Notes: generated from the letters alone by a model not told the origin. Shown: positions 19,636-28,322, counted from the stretch's first letter. The stretch is DNA of 33,624 nt from a virus (IMGVR_UViG_3300044476_000134:1-33624), one strand, 5' to 3'. Numbers and translations are program-made.

Positions 19636-19995
19636 CTAAAAATTCCATATTTTACTATTCAATCTTGTTTTTCGTGCTGATGATATGTCTTTATAAAGTA
19701 TTCTCCATTCTTTAGCAAAGGCATTTTTTATTACTTGTGTAAAATATGCAAATGCATTAACTGATTTCTCAGGATCAAATCCCCTAAAATATAAAAAACA
19801 ATCTATAATAGCTTGTTGTATACAATCTTGTCTATCTTCTTCTTGAATATATGAAAATTTCCTTGACAATCTTGTAGACATTAATGTAAACATTTGAATT
19901 GCTTCATTTGAAATTTTATCATTTTCTTTACACCTAATTATTTCATTACAAAGTTCCTTATTACTTAAGTAACCTTTTTTTTCGTTATTTACCAT
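19636..19995 (-). CDS. T4 gp55-like late sigma factor, compact (119 aa)
   Basis: YLSNKEL, RLSRKFSY, FDPEKSVNAFAYFTQVIKNAF match recalled gp55-family motifs (YVNNKEL; FDPEKSxNPFAYFTQ...AF). Confidence 0.82.
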   Translation of the reverse strand: MVNNEKKGYLSNKELCNEIIRCKENDKISNEAIQMFTLMSTRLSRKFSYIQEEDRQDCIQQAIIDCFLYFRGFDPEKSVNAFAYFTQVIKNAFAKEWRILYKDISSARKTRLNSKIWNF

Positions 19996-20034
19996 AGTTT
20001 ATATATTCTATATAAATAACATGGTATTGTTTTG

Positions 20035-20238
20035 TTATGGTACCTGTATTTCCACTATCTCAGTAAAAAAATCCGGAACAGTAATTTCGAAAGTGACACC
20101 TGTAGTATCATTTGCTTGTTTTATAGAATCAGCTTCAATTATGCCTTTTTTCATAAGTCTATATTCTTCTAAGGTATAATATTCCTTTTCACATCCAAAA
20201 AAGCAAAAAACGCATAGTACTAATAATAATTTCTTCAT
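20035..20238 (-). CDS. Small lipoprotein
   Basis: MKKLLLVLCVFCFFG-CEKE lipoprotein signal. Confidence 0.65.
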   Translation of the reverse strand: MKKLLLVLCVFCFFGCEKEYYTLEEYRLMKKGIIEADSIKQANDTTGVTFEITVPDFFTEIVEIQVP

Positions 20239-20404
20239 AAGTTATGTTTTTTATTTAAGTAAATTTAATAAAATATATAATATAAAAAATGATGACAGTG
20301 TTAATTTTCTGTTAAGATTTTTTTTAACAAACATTTAATAATTTTATATACTTTATTATAATAAAATATATTATATTAACATTATAAATTTAATAATATA
20401 TAAT

Positions 20405-20593
20405 ATGAAATTATGCTATTGTCCTTCATGTAAAGCTATGAGAGAAGCTTATTGGTATATAAATTATAACAAAGATGGTTCAAAACACATAAGATGTGAT
20501 TGCAAACAATGTGGAAAATTTATAAAATGGGTTTCTCAAGATAATGAAACAATGAAAGATGTAAAAATAACTAAAACTAAAGAATTATTTTGA
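20405..20593 (+). CDS. Zinc-ribbon protein
   Basis: CPSC...CKQC. Confidence 0.6.
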   Translation: MKLCYCPSCKAMREAYWYINYNKDGSKHIRCDCKQCGKFIKWVSQDNETMKDVKITKTKELF

Positions 20594-20913
20594 TTGATTT
20601 ACAAACACCAGAAGGAAGAAAAGATTTTTACAATTCTAGAGAATGGGCCGAATTAAGAACATATAAGTTATATCGTAATCCATTTTGTACTGATTGTTGG
20701 AAAAATAAAGATGAACTAAACCCAGGAGTTGATGTACACCATATTATTGATATTGCAGATGATCCATCATGGGAAAATGCAACTAACGTAGATAATTTAA
20801 AAGTTTTATGCAAATCTTGTCATTCAAGAATTACAGCAAAAAACCTTAAAAAGAAAGAAAAAAAGAAAATTGTTTTATATAAACCTTTATTAAAATGGAA
20901 AAGTAGCAAATGA
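20590..20913 (+). CDS. HNH endonuclease (HK97 gp74-like terminase cofactor)
   Basis: FYNSREW...NPFCTDC...DVHHI...NLKVLCKSCH. Confidence 0.88.
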   Translation: MIDLQTPEGRKDFYNSREWAELRTYKLYRNPFCTDCWKNKDELNPGVDVHHIIDIADDPSWENATNVDNLKVLCKSCHSRITAKNLKKKEKKKIVLYKPLLKWKSSK

Positions 20914-21089
20914 CGGGAAAATTTTTTAAAAAAAAGCCAGCAAATTCAAAAGCATTCAAGTTTATAATTACTAGATTTGATGATGAAGGATTTCAGTATA
21001 CATACTATTTAATAGGAACAATGGATGTATTGAAAGAAGAACTAGAAAAATTACACGATAAGTGTGAATACGTGATCGAAGAAATATAA
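20910..21089 (+). CDS. Hypothetical protein (59 aa, not in the ORF track)
   Basis: ATGA overlap with the HNH gene; MTGKFFKKKP...YVIEEI. Confidence 0.55.
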   Translation: MTGKFFKKKPANSKAFKFIITRFDDEGFQYTYYLIGTMDVLKEELEKLHDKCEYVIEEI

Positions 21090-21098
21090 TATATATTA

Positions 21099-21204
21099 CG
21101 TAGGAACTCATAGGCCCTACGATTCGTGCCAACGAATATAAGTTATTACCCGTTAACATGGGATTTTTTCCTCCACTGTTTTTCATGATTCAGTGGAGGT
21201 TTTG
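21099..21204 (+). ncRNA. Candidate small structured RNA
   Basis: AATATATA at 21088, then four hairpins; the last (CCTCCACTG/CAGTGGAGG plus Ts) is terminator-like. Confidence 0.4.
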
Positions 21205-21230
21205 TTTTATACCCTTAACAAATTTTTAAC

Positions 21231-21425
21231 ATGTCATTTCCAAAAGCAACAATTAAAATCAGATTATTAGAAAGAGAAGAACTTGAAGAAAAGAAAGCGT
21301 TAAAAGAACGCATTCAAAATTCTCCTTTAGATATTAGAGCAAAAAAGGTTGTTATAGAAGAAATTTATAAAAATCTTAAAATAGAATATAATAACGCTAT
21401 CCGTAGAAAAGAATACAAGATATAA
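21231..21425 (+). CDS. Hypothetical protein
   Basis: 64 aa charged ORF with an AT-rich leader. Confidence 0.5.
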   Translation: MSFPKATIKIRLLEREELEEKKALKERIQNSPLDIRAKKVVIEEIYKNLKIEYNNAIRRKEYKI

Positions 21426-21713
21426 CCAGAACACCCGAGAAGGATTATTTTATCTTTAATAAGGTATCCTATTTATTTTTAAATAATTCATCTCAGGTGA
21501 AATAAATTTTTAATTCAATCTTAACTTTTTTAACAGAACCTTAATTATAATGAAACCTATAATTCTAGTATAGGTACCCAGGATACTATTATATAACCAG
21601 AGTTTTAAATTTACAGTTGATGTAGTCAAATGGTCCGTCCTTATGAAATTTCATAAATGAAATTTACATTTCGGACGTACCGCGACGCAAGCGTCGATAA
21701 TATATAGCATAGT

Positions 21714-21875
21714 ATGACCAAACCAAAAACAATATCAGTAAAATTACAGAAAAGTTTAGATAACTATCACTTTGCACGTGGTTATAATAGAGGATATAAA
21801 GATGCTCAATTACATTTTGAAAAAATCTATAAACAAATTATAAAAGATATAGAACATAAGAAAAAGCAAGAGTAA
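21714..21875 (+). CDS. Hypothetical protein (53 aa, not in the ORF track)
   Basis: AATATATA at 21699 upstream; MTKPKTIS...GYNRGYKDA; terminator downstream. Confidence 0.5.
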   Translation: MTKPKTISVKLQKSLDNYHFARGYNRGYKDAQLHFEKIYKQIIKDIEHKKKQE

Positions 21876-21879
21876 CTGC

Positions 21880-21908
21880 AAAAAAAACCCGGGATTAGGC
21901 CCGGGTTT
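21880..21908. terminator. Bidirectional terminator
   Basis: A-run, AAACCCGGG/CCCGGGTTT stem, between convergent genes. Confidence 0.75.
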
Positions 21909-21945
21909 GCTGATTATCCAAATAAAAGAACGCAGCGTATATAGT

Positions 21946-22731
21946 TTACGCCAAACTTTTAAGCCATGAAGCAAAATCTAAATCTGCGTTTTTCATTTTT
22001 TCAATCTCGAATGTAGTCATTTTGTTATAAACATCAATATTTACATACCAATCTTCAAAAGGTACTCCTTTAAATCCTGGAATATTACAAGTAACATCTT
22101 CTTTCCATCGCAAATATCCATTAGCAGTCATTATGTCATTAATTTCTTGCTTTCTTTGTTTTGCTGCAGTTCCATATTTTCCTTTAACATACAATTTTTC
22201 TCCTTCTGGTTTTTGATATGAATCTTCATAAAGATTATGTTCTATAGTCCAACATTTTACATTATGAGCAGACCACGGAAAAGTATTTAAAGCTTTTACT
22301 TCATAACCTTCACAATCAAGATTAATGTAATCTATTTCACGAGGAGCATTATATTGCTTTAAAATAGCATTAAATGTTACTAAAGGAAGCATTCTTGTAC
22401 GTTTAGTAATTTTTATTCCTGGATTAAATCCTCCATCCCAATTTTTATTAGTTTTAAATGGAAGTGTTTCCGCTTTATCTGAAACTCCAAACGGTACAAC
22501 TGTTGATGTTCTTTCTTTTTCAAGAAGTTTTACATTGTAAGGATTAGGTTCAATAAGTAAACCAGTCCATCCAAATAAGTATTCAAGATAATAAGTATTG
22601 CTTAAAAATCTTGGTAAATGTGCGCCTACATCAATAAAATAACCATTTTCTTTGTATTCACACATTGAGTGTACCCACATATCCTGTCCGGATTGGGATT
22701 TGTTCGGTTTCTTAGTCTCGTTCCATGCCAT
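21946..22731 (-). CDS. FkbM-family SAM-dependent methyltransferase
   Basis: SQSGQD, GYFIDVGAH, SNTYYLE...GWTGLLIEPNP, IDYINLDCEGYE; likely start MAWNE. Confidence 0.88.
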   Translation of the reverse strand: MAWNETKKPNKSQSGQDMWVHSMCEYKENGYFIDVGAHLPRFLSNTYYLEYLFGWTGLLIEPNPYNVKLLEKERTSTVVPFGVSDKAETLPFKTNKNWDGGFNPGIKITKRTRMLPLVTFNAILKQYNAPREIDYINLDCEGYEVKALNTFPWSAHNVKCWTIEHNLYEDSYQKPEGEKLYVKGKYGTAAKQRKQEINDIMTANGYLRWKEDVTCNIPGFKGVPFEDWYVNIDVYNKMTTFEIEKMKNADLDFASWLKSLA

Positions 22732-22813
22732 ATAATTTCGGTATTTGATATTATATATATATGGATCGAGAATTTGCAAAATGGCACTTATCGAAATGTT
22801 CATCGCAATTGTA

Positions 22814-23020
22814 TTAATCAATGAATTCGATTGTAGCATTTTCGATACTATCGAGAGACTGAAATACTTTATAATCCATTTTCATATCATGAAGTATTTC
22901 TTTTAGATCAGCAACAGACAATTCATTTATCTGTTTAAGTTGGTCATATTCATCATCTGATATATTTTTTTCAAGATGAATAATAATGGTTTGTTTAATG
23001 TTAAAAATCAGGTTTTTCAT
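22814..23020 (-). CDS. Hypothetical protein
   Basis: In the minus-strand gene string. Confidence 0.55.
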   Translation of the reverse strand: MKNLIFNIKQTIIIHLEKNISDDEYDQLKQINELSVADLKEILHDMKMDYKVFQSLDSIENATIEFID

Positions 23021-23032
23021 GTTGTATGTAAA

Positions 23033-23284
23033 TTATCTAAAAAAATCTATATGTGGTGTTTCATATATCGTAGGTGACGCATGTTCAGCGCGCCATTCTT
23101 CACTCGTTTTTTCATTAAGAACTCTTAGTGAATATTCATCCACTGCAAGTAATCTTTTATTCATAACGATGAAAGTACTGTGCCATGTAGACACATGAAA
23201 AGCTTTTCCATGATTGTAATGAGTTAAATGCTCTTGAAGTCTTTTCTCATTTTCTTTTCTTATTTCAAATAAACCGCGAACCAT
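23033..23284 (-). CDS. Hypothetical protein
   Basis: Abuts its neighbours in the minus-strand gene string. Confidence 0.55.
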   Translation of the reverse strand: MVRGLFEIRKENEKRLQEHLTHYNHGKAFHVSTWHSTFIVMNKRLLAVDEYSLRVLNEKTSEEWRAEHASPTIYETPHIDFFR

Positions 23285-23285
23285 A

Positions 23286-23738
23286 TCAAAATTTAATTTT
23301 TAGACCGATACCATTTGCATCTAAACAAAGACCGGCTTTACCAATTTGTACAATACCAACAATTTCAAATCCAAGACCACCCAAAGCAAGAGCAATACCA
23401 GCAATAGATAATCCAGTACCATCATATTCTTCTCCGTTTTCTACTGCATTAGTAGCTATAGAACTATTAATAATTGCTAAAAATATAGCGCCACCTTGCA
23501 TTGCAATTCCGGAAAGTATATTTTTTGATGATTGTTGCAAATAATAACCAGGAGTTCGAACTGTTAATAAATTATTCTTATCCTGTTGTCTTGCATTAAG
23601 ATAATTTTGCCATATTTGTGCTTCTTCACTAAGTTTTTTGGTAGTATCAATATGAATTGTTGATGGTTCACTTGTTACTTCTTGACCAAATAAAATATAT
23701 GGTAAGAATACAATAAATAAAAGTAGAAGTTTTTTCAT
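23286..23738 (-). CDS. Secreted/membrane protein
   Basis: Signal peptide MKKLLLLFIVFLPYILFG-Q, two hydrophobic helices, C-terminal GIGLKIKF. Confidence 0.7.
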   Translation of the reverse strand: MKKLLLLFIVFLPYILFGQEVTSEPSTIHIDTTKKLSEEAQIWQNYLNARQQDKNNLLTVRTPGYYLQQSSKNILSGIAMQGGAIFLAIINSSIATNAVENGEEYDGTGLSIAGIALALGGLGFEIVGIVQIGKAGLCLDANGIGLKIKF

Positions 23739-23809
23739 CTATTCATTATTAAGTTACTAATTAAACCAAGTGTTCCCGCAAGAATCCACATAAAAAAACA
23801 CATTACTAA

Positions 23810-23843
23810 AAAAAAGAAACAGCCTACTATAAAGTAGGCTGTT
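23810..23843 (-). terminator. Rho-independent terminator
   Basis: AACAGCCTACT/AGTAGGCTGTT stem with flanking A-run. Confidence 0.7.
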
Positions 23844-23862
23844 GCATTGTAGATTTTTTCTT

Positions 23863-24084
23863 TCATTTTTCTACGAGTGTTTTATATTTCCTATAGTGAA
23901 TTTCTTCCTGTTCAGGCGTTAAGGCCCTTATGTACTTTCGCATTTCAATATTGCGCATCATAGACATCAATTTGATGTATTCCTCTTCCGGTTGCTTTAT
24001 GAGCCACGGAATAAACTTTGTAATGTGTATCTTGGGATATACATTACGTTGTCTATACAAACTAAATAAAACATTTGGTTTCAT
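23863..24084 (-). CDS. Hypothetical protein
   Basis: 4-nt overlap with the upstream gene. Confidence 0.55.
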   Translation of the reverse strand: MKPNVLFSLYRQRNVYPKIHITKFIPWLIKQPEEEYIKLMSMMRNIEMRKYIRALTPEQEEIHYRKYKTLVEK

Positions 24085-24377
24085 TTCTTTGGCTTTTCAA
24101 AAGTGGAAACAAGTTTATTCAGGCAATCCTGCCTGATGCTCTCATAATCACGCTTAAACGTGGATACAACAAGTTCAGCCTCTTTTCTGTTATAGAAAAC
24201 ATTGTGGCCAATTTTGATTGCATCGAACTCCCACAGTTCATTGACTGAAGCAAGTTGCTTCTGAACAGTAGTAACACCGACTTTATGCAAATCAGAAAGA
24301 TGCTTTGCATTGACAAACTCAATATCATCTATTTGGATGATGTTAGTTGTCCTAATCATTTTTGCTTTTTTAATCAT
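24081..24377 (-). CDS. Excisionase/MerR-like winged-HTH DNA-binding protein
   Basis: FVNAKHLSDLHKVGVTTVQKQL...IKIGHNVFYNRKE; start placed after the structured leader. Confidence 0.5.
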   Translation of the reverse strand: MIKKAKMIRTTNIIQIDDIEFVNAKHLSDLHKVGVTTVQKQLASVNELWEFDAIKIGHNVFYNRKEAELVVSTFKRDYESIRQDCLNKLVSTFEKPKK

Positions 24378-24394
24378 CTTGTTTAATTTAATTA

Positions 24395-24453
24395 CTGAGA
24401 CTGTTCTCATTGTAAGAATGCGGGAATCGAACCCGCATTAACCATTATTCTTA
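24395..24453 (-). ncRNA. Mini tRNA-mimic element A plus downstream hairpin
   Basis: AAGAAT-AATGGTTAAT-GCGGG TTCGATT CCCGC-ATTCTT-ACAA-TGAGA ACAG TCTCA-G. Confidence 0.7.
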
Positions 24454-24681
24454 ATTTCCGCCATGTTGCGAACACTTTCCATTTTGACTATATGTCATGT
24501 GTTTGCAACGATTACCTGTGGATTTTGCAGTTGCCGAACATTGCACACTTGTACTTCTTTTAGTAGAAGCTGTAGTTTCTGTTTTAGTTGATACTTTAGT
24601 ACTATCAACTTTTTGCTTATCCTGTGCAAATAAGGATGTCGACAATAAAGCGACGCAAATAATTAAAAACATCTTTTTCAT
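24451..24681 (-). CDS. Secreted small protein with C-terminal CCCH motif
   Basis: Signal MKKMFLIICVALLSTSLFA-Q; CSATAKSTGNRC...CSQH. Confidence 0.65.
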   Translation of the reverse strand: MKKMFLIICVALLSTSLFAQDKQKVDSTKVSTKTETTASTKRSTSVQCSATAKSTGNRCKHMTYSQNGKCSQHGGN

Positions 24682-24699
24682 AATTAAGTTATTTAATAT

Positions 24700-24757
24700 C
24701 TGGCAATATTGCCATTGTAGGGAAGCGGGAATCGAACCCGCATTAACCATTTTCCCT
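24700..24757 (-). ncRNA. Mini tRNA-mimic element B plus downstream hairpin
   Basis: AGGGAA-AATGGTTAAT-GCGGG TTCGATT CCCGC-TTCCCT-ACAA-TGGCAATATTGCCA-G. Confidence 0.7.
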
Positions 24758-24763
24758 TGCCTT

Positions 24764-24952
24764 TCACTGGTTACAATTTGCTGGTTGCACGTAAAATAAC
24801 TTTTTATAAGTCATATAAGGTTTTGTAGTTTTTTTAGCAAACCACAATTTAGTTGTAAGATTACCATGTTGTTTAGGTGGCTTAACCTTTTTGGTTGAAG
24901 CACAAGATAAACAACAAAGCAAAATGAGCAAAAGAGTAATCATACGTTTCAT
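24764..24952 (-). CDS. Small basic lipoprotein
   Basis: MKRMITLLLILLCCLS-CAST lipobox. Confidence 0.6.
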   Translation of the reverse strand: MKRMITLLLILLCCLSCASTKKVKPPKQHGNLTTKLWFAKKTTKPYMTYKKLFYVQPANCNQ

Positions 24953-25917
24953 TTCATATTCATATCATTGATTGCAGGAAACCATGCCTCATAATTAACA
25001 TCAAATTGTGAAGATGTTATAAAGGTAACACGTATTGTAGTATTAGGCTTCCAAATAAGAGAAGGAGGTAGTGCACTTGAATAGTCCTTTAACCATGCAA
25101 CTGTTTTTGATGGACTAGCCGCACCAGCACTAAAATCAATACCAATAAATGTAGCATAAGCTGCTATAAATGAAACGTTTCCATATCCTAATTGCCTTGA
25201 TGCCCATAAAGATGCTCCTGGTATTGTATAACCATAAAAAACATTAACAGTTGGTGTACCATCATAAAATAATGTTTTTATTGCAACTGGTGGTAATTCA
25301 ATAATTTCATCAAATGTTAACAACGAATTCATTGAATTGGTTTTAGCAATTTGAGGAACCCATGTACTAGTTCCACCCATATCAAATAATACACATGCAT
25401 AATCCGTAGTCACATTCAATTGGCATGTTGAAGCACCAACAACATTAAAAACTACCGGACCTGGTGTGTAAAATGGAGCTTTGTCAAGTATTTCATATGG
25501 AGCACCAATCGTAGGAACTGAATAAAAAGGTTCAGTTAATGATGCTTGCCTTACACCTGTTAAAATATCATTAGTAGGCATAACATAAACATTATAAGTA
25601 CCAACAGGAAGATCCAAAGTTGGTGGACTATATGTTATTGTTTCATCATCTCCATTTGTAATTGGTATATCAGCAACCCATGTATCCGTTGTTGTGTTAA
25701 TACGAATAATGTGATTAAAATACTTATGAGTAAACTCCGCATTACCTTTGCCTTTATTCTTATTATTTTTAAGCCAAGGTACTACATCTCCATGCATAGT
25801 AGCAGAAAATGTAATTGGAAACTTCAATGTCGAATGAGGAATGACATCTTTCTTACAACTGCTCAACATGAGCAAAAGTAAACCAGTGAAAAGCAAACCA
25901 TAAATTAAGTTTTTCAT
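24949..25917 (-). CDS. Surface lipoprotein, paralog of the N-terminal half of 26042..27949
   Basis: MKNLIYGLLFTGLLLLMLSS-CKKD signal; shared VPW..GKG..F.H.Y..HI.RI, WVADIP and WL.DY motifs. Confidence 0.75.
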   Translation of the reverse strand: MKNLIYGLLFTGLLLLMLSSCKKDVIPHSTLKFPITFSATMHGDVVPWLKNNKNKGKGNAEFTHKYFNHIIRINTTTDTWVADIPITNGDDETITYSPPTLDLPVGTYNVYVMPTNDILTGVRQASLTEPFYSVPTIGAPYEILDKAPFYTPGPVVFNVVGASTCQLNVTTDYACVLFDMGGTSTWVPQIAKTNSMNSLLTFDEIIELPPVAIKTLFYDGTPTVNVFYGYTIPGASLWASRQLGYGNVSFIAAYATFIGIDFSAGAASPSKTVAWLKDYSSALPPSLIWKPNTTIRVTFITSSQFDVNYEAWFPAINDMNMK

Positions 25918-25937
25918 AATGAAAAAGAATTGATTAT

Positions 25938-25995
25938 CTGGCATATGCCATTGTTATCATTATGGGAATCGAACCCAAATAAACCATTATGATAA
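25938..25995 (-). ncRNA. Mini tRNA-mimic element C plus downstream hairpin
   Basis: TATCAT-AATGGTTTAT-TTGGG TTCGATT CCCATA-ATGATA-ACAA-TGGCATATGCCA-G. Confidence 0.65.
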
Positions 25996-25999
25996 AAAT

Positions 26000-26024
26000 A
26001 AAAAGGGGGAGAATTTCTCCCCCT
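26000..26024 (-). terminator. Rho-independent terminator
   Basis: AGGGGGAGA/TCTCCCCCT stem followed by Ts on the minus strand. Confidence 0.75.
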
Positions 26025-26041
26025 AGTTTTAAAGATTAAAA

Positions 26042-27949
26042 TTAATTATGAGTTGGTTTTACAAAAGTTACAGTACTTGTTTGTGTACCATTTGTAACTA
26101 CACATGTAATACTCCAAGTTCCATCAGCAGTATATTGTCCTGCTGCATTTCTAACTGTTACATTTCTTGATGTTGATGAACCATCAATATATGCAGTAGG
26201 AGTACTAATATTAGAACCTTGTATATTTGTAAGAGTCCATGCATAAGTTGTTCCAACTGGTGGTGTAGTACTATTAACATCAATAGTTAAATTAGCTGTT
26301 CCATCCATATTAGAAAATCCATTAGTATTAATTGATGCATTAAATGGAGTAGGAACAACTGCATAAGAACCTGAAACTGATTGACCAAGTGCATCAGATA
26401 CTTTACAATAATATGTACCTTGTATACCACCATGATTATAAGATGCAGTACTTCCAATTTTATTAGTCATTAATGCATCAGAATACCATGCATAAGTATA
26501 TGCAACTAAATCATAACCACCAGTTGAACTAGCAGTAACAACATTATCAACATTTACAAAGTTGATAGATGTCATATCATGATTAGGTGATGCCATACCA
26601 TTAGAAATAGTATAATGTCCATGTACGTCAGTTACTTTAGCATAATGAGTTCCACTTGCAAGAGGAGCACCTATTAAACCCTCAACCTGAATTGAATTAT
26701 AAGTATCAGGAATAGTAGCTGCCGCATCTTTCCACCATGTTATAGTTAATGGTGCAGTTCCACCAGCAACAGTTGCTTCCAATGTCCAATCAGTTGGAGT
26801 TGGTTGAGTATTTGCTATACTAATTGTAAGTGGTTCTTCAGGAACAGCAATGTCTCCATCTACAATATCAATACCGGTGCCAAACCATGTAAGTCTTTCA
26901 GTTGAAAAGTTAAGTGTTCCTACTGAATATTTAACTCTGATTACCATGTTGGCTTTCAAAGTTCCATCATTCCAATAGTCTCTCAACCAAATAGCAGGCA
27001 TTGTTGTAGGAGCAGTTTCATTACCAAACCTTAGGTAGGTTGATTTTACAATAGGATCAAACATATGTACTCCAGGTAAGTTATTCTGTTCTTTAAGACC
27101 AGGAACAAAATACTGGAAATACTGCTGATTGGTTACATCTTCAGAAACCTGCTGTAATTGTGTACCATCCTGTACATCAAACGCGTTTAATTCAGCATAA
27201 GTTAATGAATGTGGAGCAACCGATGATCCAGTTAAATAGGAATTATCCAATACAAATTGGAGTAATGGTTCTCCTACTCCTGCATTATCATACTGCCAAT
27301 CAGGATTACCAAGGTCAAGCAACATAAGAGCCTGTCTGGTAAACATTTTTAACGGTACTGTCTGACCTGCAGTTGAAATAATTGCAAAAGGAACATTATT
27401 TGATTCAAACGATGCATACTCATATGTTTGATCCATTGCATCATTCTCAACATAATACTCATCAAATGGTATTTGTTCTTCTGGTACATTGGATGTTGCA
27501 TAATGCAAAGTTGGATTTAATGCTGTCCATGCTTCTGCTGACATGTCTACCGGCAATACTCTTGCCTGATAATTACCTTTCGGCAGTTTATGGGAATAAG
27601 CATCAGTTCCTGTTCCATTTGCAAATTGTGGAAGGAGCGGAATGTCCGCTACCCAACGTCCTGGATCAATTGACCAGGCTCCATTCCCGGATATTATCCT
27701 AAGAATGTGGCCGGCATACCTGTGTGAGAATGTGAATGATCCGTCTCCTTTACCGGATCCATTAGGTTTAGCATTCCAAGGCACAGTTTCACCATTTAAC
27801 GTTGGACTAAAAGCCACATCAACGAGAGTACCATCATCAACAGGACCAATGGGTGGATAATCGATGTCTTTTTTACACCCTGTGAACATTAACGATAGTG
27901 TCATCGCGATGAGCATTAAGCTCCTTCCAAAAAGATTTACTCTTTTCAT
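26042..27949 (-). CDS. Large surface lipoprotein with C-terminal SprB/PKD-like Ig repeats (adhesin-like)
   Basis: LMFTG-CKKD lipobox; GGTAPLTITW, YTYAWY...GTYYCKVSDALG and TTYAW repeats. Confidence 0.75.
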   Translation of the reverse strand: MKRVNLFGRSLMLIAMTLSLMFTGCKKDIDYPPIGPVDDGTLVDVAFSPTLNGETVPWNAKPNGSGKGDGSFTFSHRYAGHILRIISGNGAWSIDPGRWVADIPLLPQFANGTGTDAYSHKLPKGNYQARVLPVDMSAEAWTALNPTLHYATSNVPEEQIPFDEYYVENDAMDQTYEYASFESNNVPFAIISTAGQTVPLKMFTRQALMLLDLGNPDWQYDNAGVGEPLLQFVLDNSYLTGSSVAPHSLTYAELNAFDVQDGTQLQQVSEDVTNQQYFQYFVPGLKEQNNLPGVHMFDPIVKSTYLRFGNETAPTTMPAIWLRDYWNDGTLKANMVIRVKYSVGTLNFSTERLTWFGTGIDIVDGDIAVPEEPLTISIANTQPTPTDWTLEATVAGGTAPLTITWWKDAAATIPDTYNSIQVEGLIGAPLASGTHYAKVTDVHGHYTISNGMASPNHDMTSINFVNVDNVVTASSTGGYDLVAYTYAWYSDALMTNKIGSTASYNHGGIQGTYYCKVSDALGQSVSGSYAVVPTPFNASINTNGFSNMDGTANLTIDVNSTTPPVGTTYAWTLTNIQGSNISTPTAYIDGSSTSRNVTVRNAAGQYTADGTWSITCVVTNGTQTSTVTFVKPTHN

Positions 27950-27982
27950 TTTATTTAATGAATTAAGTTATGCCGCAATATT

Positions 27983-28030
27983 GACGGCGACCTCATTTTC
28001 TGGTTTCTGCATTAGCTTCTTCAGGCCGTC
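27983..28030 (-). ncRNA. Type I hammerhead ribozyme candidate
   Basis: GACGGC-CTGAAGA-AGC TAAT GCA-GAAAC-C AGAAAATGA G-GTC^GCCGTC: full core and 6-bp stem I; stems II and III are minimal. Confidence 0.65.
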
Positions 28031-28033
28031 TGT

Positions 28034-28081
28034 AAAAAAAAATAGAATGGGCGCTATTCTGGTTAAATAGAACGCCCATTC
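28034..28081 (-). terminator. Rho-independent terminator
   Basis: GAATGGGCG...CGCCCATTC stem followed by a long T-run on the minus strand. Confidence 0.8.
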
Positions 28082-28118
28082 CTGAAAACTTTCAACGAAT
28101 GTTGAAACTAAAACTGTA

Positions 28119-28322
28119 TCATATACTTGGCATTGACTTTATTAAATTTTGTTTAATAACTTCCATCATGCCAATTGTTTCGTATGGTGTATCACATGCC
28201 ATAATTGCTATACTAATAATGCACGAATATGCAAAATCATGTATTTCGTCAGGATCATCCAGCAATTCTATATGTTTTTTAATTGCATCTGTCCATTCTT
28301 CAGTTCCAGATATTTTTGCCAT
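28119..28322 (-). CDS. Hypothetical protein
   Basis: 67 aa; AATATATA just upstream (28326-28333, minus strand). Confidence 0.55.
   Translation of the reverse strand: MAKISGTEEWTDAIKKHIELLDDPDEIHDFAYSCIISIAIMACDTPYETIGMMEVIKQNLIKSMPSI

Noticed and set aside
24413-24453. Canonical tRNA genes or attP remnants at the GGTTCGATTCC sites
   Set aside because: No D or anticodon arm in A-C, element D lacks a proper anticodon loop and TTC, and there is no integrase. Reported as mimics instead.
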